64,000 nt of DNA, from contig CAWFSF010000005.1 in NCBI GenBank assembly GCA_963818475.1, forward strand, positions 256,001-320,000, in the 5' to 3' direction. Source of the DNA: Nitrospirota bacterium (GTDB lineage Bacteria > Nitrospirota > UBA9217). Position 1 is the stretch's first letter. Each line of letters begins with the position of its first letter. Positions 1 to 10,552 of the stretch are shown piece after piece. The notes under the pieces were generated by a model that searched no databases, had not been told where the DNA came from, and was given only the letters and a program-made list of their open reading frames with translations. The position numbers and the translations under genes are program-made.

Positions 1-451
1 GCGGTCTGGAAGTTCTGGGGCGGCAGGCAGATGGTGATACCCGACCTTGCGACAAGCAGGGAGAAGTTCTTCGAGGCCATCCTGCGCGGCAACGAGGTCT
101 GCAAAAAATACTTCCCCCACTACACCCTCTACTGCGTCGGCATCAAGCTCATCGGCCCGCGCTGAGCGCTACGAGCTGTCGTGCATCCCGCCCGATGCCG
201 AAGGCATTGCCTATGGATGCGAGTTCGAGCCCATGCTGGAAGGCAAGACCTACAGCCGCGACCATCTGCAGGCGTTCAAGAACGAGATCTACGACATCGG
301 CGTCGACATGGGCACGAGCTACTACCGCTTCGGCGGCATGATGAAAGGCTACATCAGGCGCGTGTTCGGCGATGAGCTCGTTGACAAGCACCTGGCAATG
401 AAGCGGGAGGTCGACCCGGCCATGGTCCTGAACCGGGACGTGATCTTTTGA
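1..451 (+). CDS. FAD-linked oxidase C-terminal domain (5' partial, frameshift near 165)
   Basis: C-terminus MKREVDPAMVLNRDVIF resembles the K-x3-DP-x3-LNPG end of FAD-oxidase_C proteins; an Fe-S partner gene follows. Confidence 0.6.
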
Positions 452-490
452 TGAGACGCTGCCTTGGATCAACGAGCCTGCAAAGTTCCT

Positions 491-602
491 CCTCACCCCA
501 GACCTCTCCCCGAAGGGGCGAGGGTGTCTTTTAACTTCCTCTTTCGGGGCAAGGGATTGATTAAATTCCTCTCCCATCAGGGGAGAGGATCAAGGTGAGG
601 GG
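491..602. repeat. Pair of inverted REP-like units (CCTCACCCC..CCTCTCCC..GGG.GAGGG family)
   Basis: 491-524 cctcaccccagacctctccccgaaggggcgaggg and 567-602 tcctctcccatcaggggagaggatcaaggtgagggg in opposite orientation; the same unit recurs at 35262-35301 and 28776-28800. Confidence 0.7.
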
Positions 603-649
603 TGGTTGTAGTGACACAAACTGATAATGACGCACAATAACTTTAGCTC

Positions 650-1631
650 ATGAAAAAGAAGACTGCATACCATCAACCGCAGCCAGGCGCCACCGACCCT
701 TCGCAGTGCAACGGCTGCGGCGTCTGCATGCTCTCCTGCCCGGTCTGGCATCAGCACCATACCAAGGCGCTCACCTATTGCGGCAGGAACCGGGCCTTGA
801 TCGGCGGCGCTGACGAGGAGGACCTTGCTCCGGCGGCGCGCGGCTGCATCCTCTGCGGTTCCTGCGAGCCCCTCTGCCCCATGGGCATCCGCACGCAGCA
901 GGCCACGATCAGGCTCCGCAAGAACCTCTCTGCACGCGGGTTCCTTCCAAAGCCGGCCATCCAGCCTCATACGCACGAGACCGGCAACGTCTCATCGCAC
1001 CTCGTGATCCCGGGAAGAGCGCTCAGGGCGAATACACCGCTTGCTGCGTCTGTCCTTGCCTTATTAGGACAGAATAGCCGGGCTCCATTCCGATGACGGA
1101 TATGATCTTCTGCTGACCCTTGAATCGGGACAGGAACTGAACGATGACCGCATACTGGGCTTTATTTCTCCGCTGACCCGGGCTGAGGAGGTCGTTGTTG
1201 CCGATGGGCTGCTGTTCAATGTGCTCCGCTCGCTGCTGCCGTCGTCGGTCAAGGTCCGCCCCCTGGGGCAGGCGTTGCTTTCGAACCGATCCGTGCGCGC
1301 AGGCATCAAGCCCACCGATTTTTACATGATAGAAACGCGGGCGTATAACGCGCATCGCCGCGAGTTCGTAACGATCTATGACGCGCTGCGCCAGGAGACC
1401 GGCTGCTTCATGAACCTGGACCTGCAGCGCGTGGCAACGCCGACCGGAGCGGCAAGCATGCAGCACCGCGAGGGCCTGGCCACGATCATCTCTATCGAGG
1501 AACAGGTGAAATGGCTGCTTGAGGGGCGAAAGGCAGAACGCATCGTGGTCGAGAGTCTTGACGACTATGAAGCATTTGGCGCTTATACGAAGCTGCCGGT
1601 CGTGCATCTTGCCGAGGTCGTGAAGATATGA
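650..1631 (+). CDS. 4Fe-4S dicluster (GlcF-like) Fe-S protein, frameshift near 1078
   Basis: CNGCGVCMLSCP and CILCGSCEPLCP motifs; a shifted frame (GLHSDDGYDLL...) continues into ORF 1221..1631. Confidence 0.7.
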
Positions 1632-2846
1632 CGAAACCGCGGACCGCAGACGTTATTATCGTGGGCGCAAGCCTTTCCGCAGCAGCCACGGCCAAGCGGC
1701 TTGTTGACGCGGGGTATGAGACGATTGCGCTCGAACGGTTCAGCCTGCCGAGAACGAAACCCTGCAGCGGCATCATCTCTCCCCGTGGCCACCGCTTCCT
1801 GATCGAGAACTTCGGGCCCCTGCCGAAAGAAGTGCTGCATGAACCGACATCCTGCAAAGGCGTGACCTTTTACTTTCCCGGCGGCGTCGAGCTTCCCATG
1901 GAGTTCGACCACGGTTCGACGCCGCATCTGGACCGCACCTATGCCGACCACTGGGCAATGCAGCGGAGCGGCGCGGAAATTCATGACAACATGCGTTTCC
2001 TGTCAGCAACGGACCAGGGCACCCATGTCGATATCGTAGCAGGCAACGGGCAGGAGGAACGGCTCTACCGCGCGCGCTATCTCATCGGCGCAGACGGCCC
2101 CAACTCCAAGGTGGTCAGAACGCTCTATCCGGAATATCGCGACGCCATCACCTGGTTCACGGTGAAGCAGCATCTGCACGAGATCATCGACTGCCCGCTC
2201 GACCCGGCGTATTTCCACTACTGGTTTCACCCCGAGCTGGGCTACTACACCTGGAGCCACCAGAGGAACGGCCGCCAGATCGTGGGCGTGGGGCATGAAG
2301 CGAACGATGACTTCGCAGCTACGCCACGCGAAGGCCCTGCGGTATCTGGAAGAACGTCACCACGTCAAGCTCGGCCCGTGCATCACGCGCGAAACGAGCG
2401 TGAACAACTTCGGGCTGTCACTCATCAACCGCTACGTCTTCGGCAAGGGAAACATCATCGTGACCGGCCAGGCAGCAGGGTTCTTGAATATGATCGCTGA
2501 GGGAATGTCTGCCGCGCTCCATTCGGGAGCGATCGCAGGCGAGGCGACCGTGGATGCCTTCCGGCTGAACAAGCCGATCCAGGACATCTACCGGACCATG
2601 ATCCAGAGCGAAGTTCGCCGCTGCTCTGACCAGTGGAACATTCTCAAGATCCTCTTTGGCAGGCCGCACGAGGCCGACTTCATGGGCACCCTTGCGAAGC
2701 GCAGCTCACGCGAGAAGCTTATCGTGCTGAAGGATGTGGCGAAGTTTCTTGCTCCCTGGGGAAAGTATAACTGGGGACGTCAGATGCTCTGGCAGGCGAT
2801 CACTCGGCAGATTACCGGCGGGTACAACCCCAAACGATGGCTGTAA
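1628..2846 (+). CDS. Geranylgeranyl reductase-like FAD-dependent oxidoreductase, frameshift near 2315
   Basis: DVIIVGA, PRTKPCSG, LIGADGPNSKV and GQAAGFLNMIAEGMSAALHSG motifs across two ORFs; ATGA overlap with upstream gene. Confidence 0.8.
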
Positions 2847-2862
2847 CAAAACTGTAAAAACA

Positions 2863-2990
2863 TTTGGACGCGGATAAAATCTGATGAACGCGGATTACGA
2901 CAGAGAGAAAACTCCCGCCTTCTCGTGGCGTTTCTTCCAGCTTAATACTTGGGTCATATCCGCGAAAATCCGCGTCAATCCGCGTCCAAA
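2863..2990. repeat. Small inverted-repeat (MITE/REP-like) element, family A
   Basis: Perfect 13-bp TIR tttggacgcggat/atccgcgtccaaa with internal (a/c)cgcggat subrepeats. Confidence 0.8.
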
Positions 2991-3011
2991 AAATCCGTCC
3001 CGTACTCCGAA

Positions 3012-3470
3012 CTAAATCCCCACCTTCACCACGATCTTCATCACCTTGGACGGGTTGCGAAGTGCCAGTTTTGGCGCATGGCCGTCCTCCGGGTAGAGCA
3101 CCGCCATCTGCCCTGCATGCAGATGAACCGGGGTCCACTGCCCTTTTGCCACGGTGCCGAAGCCGATGTCCTTGTCAGCATCGTAGGCAGCGGTGATCTC
3201 CATCCGCTCTGCTGGCGCCCAGCCGATGATCTCGTCGCCGGACACGATGAACTGGATGTCGAGGTATTTTTGATGGCATTCGAATTTCGGCGTGGCCGCC
3301 CACATCGTCTCGAACCGCTGGACCAGAGCGAATACCCGGTCGCCGTCTATCTCCACCCTGCCGTCTGGCAGCATCTGAATATCCGGAGACCGCAGAAAAT
3401 CAATCGCTTTTTGAAGGTTGGGTGACAGTGCCGCCTGGCGGCTGATATGGTTGAGATCTGAAACGATCAT
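3012..3470 (-). CDS. YhcH/YjgK/YiaL family protein
   Basis: FECHQKYLDIQF and LYPEDGHAP motifs, C-terminal KIVVKV. Confidence 0.9.
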   Translation of the reverse strand: MIVSDLNHISRQAALSPNLQKAIDFLRSPDIQMLPDGRVEIDGDRVFALVQRFETMWAATPKFECHQKYLDIQFIVSGDEIIGWAPAERMEITAAYDADKDIGFGTVAKGQWTPVHLHAGQMAVLYPEDGHAPKLALRNPSKVMKIVVKVGI

Positions 3471-3607
3471 AATGGGCTCCTCGGAATATATTGGTATATT
3501 GGAGTTTCATGCTGGGTATGGTTCTCAGGGTCTTTGACAGGATACAGCGTACGGACAGATACCGGTCCAAAGCTGATGCTCCGGTCTCGCATTTCAACAG
3601 CCGATCG

Positions 3608-4159
3608 TCATTTCTTCCCTGCTGTCTTGCTTGTCGTGTGCAGGATCATGCCGATGTATTTATTGATAGGGTTTGATCGGTCCAGGAACGGCACCGGTGC
3701 AGCCTTTCTCTTTCCAAGCGCCCGCACTTCCTTCTGAAGATCGCGGTTGGTGTTATCGAACTTCAGTCCCTTGTTAAAAGTCTCAAGCGCATCTTTCTTC
3801 TTCCCCGCTGCAACGTAGGCCCTCCCGAGGTTGAGATAGAACACGGGATAGAGCATTTCTTCTCCAAAGGACGAGCTCTTCCTGAGCAACGCAAGTGCCT
3901 TTTTACAGGTTTCTATGCCGGTCCGGTACCGTTTGTCCACCAGCGCCTGAAGACAGCCAAAATAAGAGAGGATGAAAGGATCGTCCGGAAAATTCACCTG
4001 AGCCCGCTGGAGCAGGCCGAAGGCTTCCTTCTGCCTGCCCTTCGAAAGATTGAGCTTCACCTGCCGGAGATAATCGCGGGGTGTCAATTCCTCGGCAGGC
4101 TCGTAAGGCACCAGTTCTTTGCCGGCGGTCTGCTTTTTTGAATCGCCATTTTTTCCCAT
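3608..4159 (-). CDS. Tetratricopeptide repeat protein
   Basis: TPR-like helices, e.g. FYLNLGRAYVAAGKKKDALETFNKGLKFD. Confidence 0.75.
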   Translation of the reverse strand: MGKNGDSKKQTAGKELVPYEPAEELTPRDYLRQVKLNLSKGRQKEAFGLLQRAQVNFPDDPFILSYFGCLQALVDKRYRTGIETCKKALALLRKSSSFGEEMLYPVFYLNLGRAYVAAGKKKDALETFNKGLKFDNTNRDLQKEVRALGKRKAAPVPFLDRSNPINKYIGMILHTTSKTAGKK

Positions 4160-4270
4160 GACTTTATTTTATCATAGTTCTCAACAGACACAATAAGAGA
4201 GAAACGCCCTGGAACAGCTAGCGGAAGACTGTGCTGAAAGGCCGTCCCGTTTGCGGAGGCCCGTGATGGA

Positions 4271-4729
4271 TCAATTGCTCGTGAAACCCATAAGGTTGTC
4301 GATCCAGGTGACCAAGTCGGTCTTGTCCTTGGGTGCGCCGTCCACGCGAATGACTTCCACGGCATTTTGATACACGATGAAGGTGGGCGTCTTCGTGACC
4401 GCAAAACGCTTGGCCAGGTATTCGTCTGTCTCGACATCGACCTTCATGACCTTGAGCCTGCCTGCCCGCTTCTGCGCAAGGTCCCTTACCAGGGGGTCGA
4501 TGATCTTGCAGTGGAGACACATAGAGGCGGTGAACACGATCAGGAGGGTTTCCGGCCAGTAGGCGATCTCTCGGTCGAAGCTATCGGCCTTTGCCCAGAC
4601 CGGCTCTTGCGGGATCTCAATGACGGTCTTGCAATTGCCGCAGACAGGTTTGCTCCTCAAACGGCTCTGCAACACGCGGTTCAACACCAGGCAGTTCTTG
4701 CACCGGACAATGACGGAGGTATCGGACAT
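4271..4729 (-). CDS. Thioredoxin 2-like protein with N-terminal zinc ribbon
   Basis: CKNC..CGNC followed by thioredoxin fold with CLHC, KVDVE and TPTF. Confidence 0.85.
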   Translation of the reverse strand: MSDTSVIVRCKNCLVLNRVLQSRLRSKPVCGNCKTVIEIPQEPVWAKADSFDREIAYWPETLLIVFTASMCLHCKIIDPLVRDLAQKRAGRLKVMKVDVETDEYLAKRFAVTKTPTFIVYQNAVEVIRVDGAPKDKTDLVTWIDNLMGFTSN

Positions 4730-4882
4730 GTTTTTTATAGATAACCTTTGCGATGTTCTCTCTTCAGGAGTGATCGTGCGGAATATGTTTAGATTCTACC
4801 AAAAGAGAGCGGAAATAGTCAAGAGACCGGCGGCTCAGAGCGCGGTACAACGGACAGGGAAGGCTTCTTGCCTGATGCAAGC

Positions 4883-4939
4883 ACAGTACCTTAAAACCTC
4901 CTGAAGAAGCAAGAAAATAAATGGGGTAATTTGAGGGTA
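4883..4939 (-). promoter_or_regulatory. Sigma70-type promoter with upstream TACCC-N6-TACCC site
   Basis: Minus strand TACCCTCAAATTACCCCAT, 8 bp, TTGCTT, 18 bp, TACTGT. Confidence 0.55.
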
Positions 4940-5019
4940 ACCGGTCTTGATGGCCTGCGAAGAGGTGGTACTGCGCGGCGACGGTCAGCAGCAACAACGC
5001 CTCATCATAAAAGCGGGAG

Positions 5020-5136
5020 TCGGACGCAGATGAACGCAGATTTTCGCAGATATTACTGGGCAATCAGCAGGGAGAAATCTTCGTCTCACAGGTGAGTTTT
5101 TTTAACAGCGTTCATCGGATTTTATCTGCATCCAAA
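5020..5136. repeat. Family A inverted-repeat element
   Basis: ggacgcagatgaacgcagattttcgcagata ... gcgttcatcggattttatctgcatccaaa. Confidence 0.75.
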
Positions 5137-5150
5137 TGCTTTTCTTAGAT

Positions 5151-7680
5151 TCACTGACCCCGCGGTTTTGCGCGCCGCGTGGGCACGGCGTTCCAGGGAT
5201 CGTCGGGCCAGGGATGCTTCGGGTAGCGGCCTTTCAGGTCCTTTTTGACCAGCGGGTAGCCGGTGTTCCAGAACCCTTTCAGGTCCTGCGTGATCTGGAC
5301 CGGCCGGCGCGCCGGCGAAAGCAGGTGGAGCAGCACCCTGACCCTGCCGTCTGCAAGCAGCGGCGTATCAGCCAGCCCGAACATCTCCTGGAGCTTGACG
5401 GCAAGTACGGGCTGATCTCCTGAAGCATAATCAAGCATTACCTGAGATCCGCTCGGCACGGCAATGGACAGGGGTGCGCGCCTGTCCAGCAGCCGCCCCT
5501 GTTCCCAGGTCAGACGGGCCTTGAGCGCCGGCAGGAGTGAGAGCCCGCCGAGCCCCGCGGTCGTGCGGATATTCACCAGCCAGGGCAGCAGCCATTCCTC
5601 CGGCCTGGACAGGAGCGCGTGATCAGCAAGGTCCGGCCAGGCCTCTTCGGGAAAAGCTTTCTGTATCAGACCCACCCTGGCCTGGAACTGGCGCGCCTCC
5701 CTGGTGAACGTCAGCATACCGGGTGCCGCGCGGATCGCTTCGCACAGGATCGGGGCCGCCTCCTCGTCGGACGGCTTGAAGGGCCTGGAGGACAGCAGCA
5801 TGGTATCGAGACGCTCTTCGATCGCGGCAACGATCCGCCCCTGGCTCCGGTCCCATTCCACCCGCCGGATCGATCGAATGCGCGCAGCGCATTCGTCCCG
5901 AATCAGCTCTTCCGTCACCGGCGCAGCGAGGTGAACAACGCCTTCGGCCTTCATTCCGGCATCGACCTGCACAGCAATGATAAAGGGATCGTTGACCAGA
6001 TGGCTGTCCATGGACAGCCGTACACCCCTTCCCTGCGTCAGGATGTACACCCGGCCGCCGTCGTCGCGGCGCTTAGCGACACGGTCCGGATAGGCCGAGA
6101 GCAGCAGCCGGGACAGCGTGCCGGGATCCACACCTGTTTGCGCGGCTGTATTCCGTGTTTCCGGCAGCAGGCGCTGAAGCTGCTTTGCCGTCCTGTCCAC
6201 GGCGCGCAACGCAGAGGGGTCAGCGCCTGCGCCCGCTTCTTTTCCGTTCCGCCACTGCTGCAGCAGAACGACCCGCTCAGCGACATCAGGTTCTTTGCCG
6301 ATCCCTGCTCCAGCGTTTTTTCGCACCAGGTCCCGTTCAGAGAGAATGGCGGCGAGATCGACGCCAAGGTTTGTGCAACCCAGTTCCTTTGAGCGCAGCA
6401 GCAGGCGGCTTAAGCGCGGATGCAGCGGGAAACGGGCCATGGCACGGCCGACCGTGGTGACCGAACCGGTCCGATCCAGCGCGCCGAGGTCGATCAGCAG
6501 TTGCAGGCCCGAGCTTCCATGCCGCAGCAGGCGGCAGATCGAGCCAGGAAAGCTTCATTGGTTCCTTTACGCCCCAGACCGCGAGTTCAAGCACGAGCGG
6601 CGCAAGGTCGGACCCGAGGATCTCCGGCAGCGTAAAGGCCTGCATGCCCTTGAGCGCGAACTGATCGTAGAGGCGGTAGCATACGCCCGGCCCGAGCCTG
6701 CCCGCCCTGCCCTTGCGCTGCTCTGCCGAAGCCCGGGACAGCTCGATCGTCACGAGCCGGTTCATGCCGGTCGAGGGATCGTACTGCAGCCGCCGCGTCA
6801 GGCCGCTGTCGATGACCACCTGCACGCCCTCGATGGTCAGGCTCGTCTCGGCGATGTTCGTGGCGAGCACGATCTTGCGAAGGTCCCGCGACGGCAGGAT
6901 GGCGCGCTCCTGTTCTTCGAACGGCAGGTCGCCGTACAGCGGGTGGAGCGCAAGGCGGTCCTCGATCAGGTCCAGCGAAGCGCGCAGCTCACGCTCGCAG
7001 GCCCGGATCTCGCCGGCCCCGGGCAGGAACACCAGGATGTCGCCGTGGGTCTGGCGCAGGGCCGTCCTGACCGCGGCAGCGACGCGCATCGGGAGCGGGC
7101 CCGACCGGTCTTCGAGGTAGCGCTCTTCCACGGGAAAAGCCTTTCCCGTGGACGTGATGATTGGCGCTCCGCCCAGGAGCGCGGCAATGGGCCCGCAGTC
7201 GAGCGTGGCGGACATGACCAGCACCTTCAGGTCCTGCCGCAGACCGCTCTGGACATCGAGACAGAGCGCCAGCGCCAGATCGGCATGGATGCTCCGCTCG
7301 TGGAACTCGTCAAAGATGACCAGGGATACGCCCGTAAGTCCGGGATCGGACTGCATGCGGCGCGTCAGGATGCCTTCGGTAACGACCTCGATGCGTGTCC
7401 TGGCCGAGGTCTGCGTGTCAAAGCGGATGGAATAGCCGATCGTTGCGCCCACCGGTTCGCCCAGCGACTTCGCCATCCAGCGCGCTGCGGAGACGGCCGC
7501 GAGCCTTCGCGGCTCGAGCATGATGATGCGGCCCGCTTCAGGCCGCAGCACGTCAAGCAGCGCGATCGGCACGCGGGTGGTCTTGCCCGCCCCGGGCGGC
7601 GCGTGCAGTATGACGGCAGGATGGCGCGCCACCGCGTCCTTGAGCTTCGGCAGAATGGTGTCTATGGGATAGGAGGTCAC
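5151..7680 (-). CDS. hrpB: ATP-dependent helicase HrpB (frameshift near 6505)
   Basis: GAGKTT, DEFHER, MSATL, TNIAETSLTIEG, QRKGRAGR; C-terminal KDLKGRYPKHPWPDDP. Confidence 0.95.
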
Positions 7681-7855
7681 GGTATGGTATTGCTGCTCAA
7701 ATCGTCACTGTTCAGGTTGACAGACTGAAGGCTGAAGACGGTTAAGAAAAGTTCCATGGGCATTATAAAAATCAGGGCGAATGGAATGGAGTGACCTTAA
7801 TATCGCAGTTGATTTTCTTGAGAAACCTTCAATCTTCGACCTCAACACGTGAACA

Positions 7856-8503
7856 TCAGCGCGCGTACTTCATAAACTTTTGATACACCTCGATATGCAG
7901 CAGCTCGGAGGGTATGATGCGCAGCTCGACCACGCCGCGCTCACCGCGCAGGATATGCTCCGGATGGACCGTTGCCGCAAAATAGGCTTTGAACTTCTGT
8001 TCCAGTTCAGGCTCCGCCTCGTACAGGGAATCCTCCAGGAGCGCGACCATCTGCTGCGCCTGCGTCCGCAAGGCGATGGTGGCATGCTTAGGACCGTCTG
8101 CGGGGTAGTGGATGCTGACCAGTACAATGCTGATGTTGCTTCTGGTGCGGGCGTCGGACAAGAGCGAAAGAAACAGGCTGGACAGTTTCCTGGTGATGTT
8201 CTGTGACGATGGTTTAAGAACGCCGTCCGCAGAGAACAGGACGGACCCATTGATGAGGATCGAGCTCGACCGGACCTGGAGGCCCTTGATCTGCAGCGCC
8301 CCGAACTCCTGCTGGAAGTTCTGACTGAGATTCCTGGCAAACTCGTTCCGCGGTTGGGAAAGGGCCAGGGCCGGTTCCAGGTACCGCTGGATCTTGACGG
8401 CGCGGTAATAGAGGAGCGCGCTCAGTACCACCAGCCCGATCAGCAGCAGGCTCAGGACCGGCCCGGCAGGCGGAACGTATTTCCACCAGGTCCGGCGGTT
8501 CAT
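7856..8503 (-). CDS. Single-pass membrane protein with degenerate MotB/OmpA-like domain
   Basis: N-terminal TM helix; SVLF..LKPSSQNITRKL, IVLVSIH and RGVVELRII echo OmpA_C/MotB elements. Confidence 0.5.
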   Translation of the reverse strand: MNRRTWWKYVPPAGPVLSLLLIGLVVLSALLYYRAVKIQRYLEPALALSQPRNEFARNLSQNFQQEFGALQIKGLQVRSSSILINGSVLFSADGVLKPSSQNITRKLSSLFLSLLSDARTRSNISIVLVSIHYPADGPKHATIALRTQAQQMVALLEDSLYEAEPELEQKFKAYFAATVHPEHILRGERGVVELRIIPSELLHIEVYQKFMKYAR

Positions 8504-9390
8504 GATGCCGTCTTCTCCAGGAGTGTCATTTTCTTCTCCAGCGTTTTGAAATCCTCTTCGGTAATGGTCGTCGGCTTGTGCACCGCCTTGTTCCGCAGAT
8601 ACATGAGGTCGTTGAACAATCCTGCCCGGTAGCGGCTGATCCGGCGGCTTTGCTCCATCTCTTTCAATCCTTCGGACAGCACCGCGAATACGCGGCCCGT
8701 CGCCGCAGTGGTGAGCGCCTTCAACCGGCTCTCGATATAGTGGCCCAGCAGCAGGGCAGCGACGACCTGTTCTCCTGCGCGGAAATATTCCAGGGCCTGG
8801 TCAACGGATCCGCCGCCTTTGACGATGTGGAGGTTCTCCCGTGACTCGGTCTCGCCGGGAGCCAGTCGCTGGATCTTCTGATAAACCTCCTCGCATTTGT
8901 CCAGCATGTTCTGGTCAAGATAGGATTCCGCAAGGAGGAAGAGTTCCCGGATGTTGTCGGCGCCTTCTCGTTGTTTGGCGGCGAAATCGTGGGCGCGCCG
9001 CAGGGCCTCGGTCTTGTCGTCCTTCTTGTCGAGCACGTCGAAATGCCGGGCCCAGCGCTTGCCCTTCAGCACGTTGTCCTTGGTGAAGCGGAACAGGCGC
9101 TCCGAGACCTCGCTTTTGTCCAGTTTGCCGCTGACGACAATGATGTTCAGGTTCGGATGGGTCTCGAAAAGCTGCGGCAGGGCGTCGACGCCTTCGTTCA
9201 TCTTGTCGAACTCGATATCGAGCGTCATGAGGTCGAAGACCTGCGCGGTCAGGACCTTCACGGCATCGCGGACGCTTGCCACCTCGTGGAAGCGCAGGTC
9301 CGGCTCGCGATCGCCGAGCGCCCGCTGGATCTCCAGCTTCAGAAGCTCGCGATCCTCGAAGTCGTCGTCGGCGATCAGCACCTTAAACAT
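8500..9390 (-). CDS. Response regulator with TPR helix pair and C-terminal HEPN/DUF4145-like domain
   Basis: VLIADDD, LDIEF phosphoacceptor, IIVVSG; C-terminal IESRLK...LRNKAVH (R-x4-H). Confidence 0.75.
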   Translation of the reverse strand: MFKVLIADDDFEDRELLKLEIQRALGDREPDLRFHEVASVRDAVKVLTAQVFDLMTLDIEFDKMNEGVDALPQLFETHPNLNIIVVSGKLDKSEVSERLFRFTKDNVLKGKRWARHFDVLDKKDDKTEALRRAHDFAAKQREGADNIRELFLLAESYLDQNMLDKCEEVYQKIQRLAPGETESRENLHIVKGGGSVDQALEYFRAGEQVVAALLLGHYIESRLKALTTAATGRVFAVLSEGLKEMEQSRRISRYRAGLFNDLMYLRNKAVHKPTTITEEDFKTLEKKMTLLEKTAS

Positions 9391-9438
9391 GGTTCGTGTC
9401 CTCAAGAGCGGCCGGCACCCTCTGCGTTACATGCTTCC

Positions 9439-10497
9439 TCAATGGTGGCCAACCCCCTGTACCGTATTTGCTTCCTCAACGAAGGGCAGATTGATGATGA
9501 CCTCCGTACCCGCGCCCGGCGCAGTAAATTCCTTGCCGATGCGGATCTTGCCTGCATGAAGGCCAACGACATATTTGGTAAAATAGAGTCCCTGCCCCCA
9601 GTTCTCTCCCGTGCCCATTCCCTTGTAAAAGCACTGGTCCGCCTGCTGTTCGTCCATCCCGATCCCGGCGTCGCGGACGGAAACCGTTACATACTGCCGG
9701 GTGCCGTCCCGGTCCATGGAGCAGGACACTGCGATGCGCGCACGGGGCTGGTCCGGTTTTTTATATTTGACTGCGTTGTCGATGACATTTTCAAACACTG
9801 TTTTGAGCAGCGGCGGAGCGGCATAGAGCATGGGCACGGACCGGCATTCAGCAATGGCGATGTCCGCCAGATCAGCGTATTGCCCTGCCAGTTCGCCGAG
9901 CATGGCCTTGACATCGAGGTACTTGAACTCGACCAGGCCCGCCTCGCGCTCGTCGGAGATCTTCTTGAAAATATCGATGTCGGCAAAGAGCTTGTCCAGG
10001 TTGTCGTCGATGCGTTCCCGGGCGTCCTGAGGCAGGCCGGGCAGCAGGTTGATGCGGCGCTTGATCCGGCCGAGGTTGTTCTTGAACTCGTGCCCGATGG
10101 TAGCGGAGATATATCGGATGAACTCGTTCCGCCGGGCGATCTCCTGGTTCTTCAGCTGCAGGATCATGTTCTCGCGGGCGCGCCGCTGCCGCTGTTGATA
10201 GACAAGGGTCAGGTACAGCGTGAGGGCGGTAAAGGACAGGATCAGCCCTGCCAGCGCATACTGTGCGACATTGCCCGACGCATCGAGCATCCGCTGCATG
10301 GCCGCAAGCCGGTTATCAAGGCTGACCTCGGCCGGAAGGGTGCTCAGCGCCGTCCAGGGCATGAGCCAGAGCTCAAGGCGGTCAAAGGGCCGGACAAACT
10401 GGTCCAGGTAGACCATGCCGGCAGTGAGCCAGATAGAGACCATGAGCGCGGTCAGTGCCAGGACCTGCATTTTATGACGAATCGAGATAGTAGACAT
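9439..10497 (-). CDS. Membrane sensor histidine kinase
   Basis: Two TM segments; H-box GHEFKNNL, N-box NVIDNAVKY, DAGIGM, GQGLYF. Confidence 0.9.
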   Translation of the reverse strand: MSTISIRHKMQVLALTALMVSIWLTAGMVYLDQFVRPFDRLELWLMPWTALSTLPAEVSLDNRLAAMQRMLDASGNVAQYALAGLILSFTALTLYLTLVYQQRQRRARENMILQLKNQEIARRNEFIRYISATIGHEFKNNLGRIKRRINLLPGLPQDARERIDDNLDKLFADIDIFKKISDEREAGLVEFKYLDVKAMLGELAGQYADLADIAIAECRSVPMLYAAPPLLKTVFENVIDNAVKYKKPDQPRARIAVSCSMDRDGTRQYVTVSVRDAGIGMDEQQADQCFYKGMGTGENWGQGLYFTKYVVGLHAGKIRIGKEFTAPGAGTEVIINLPFVEEANTVQGVGHH

Positions 10498-10552
10498 CGA
10501 TGCCTTAATTTATTCCAAAGGAAGTTTTTTTACAACAAGAAAAAGGCGCATT

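Noticed and set aside
7856-8503. Calling the MotB-like gene zorB (Zorya system)
   Set aside because: No ZorA/MotA-like or ZorC/D/E gene nearby, and the peptidoglycan-binding motif is degenerate
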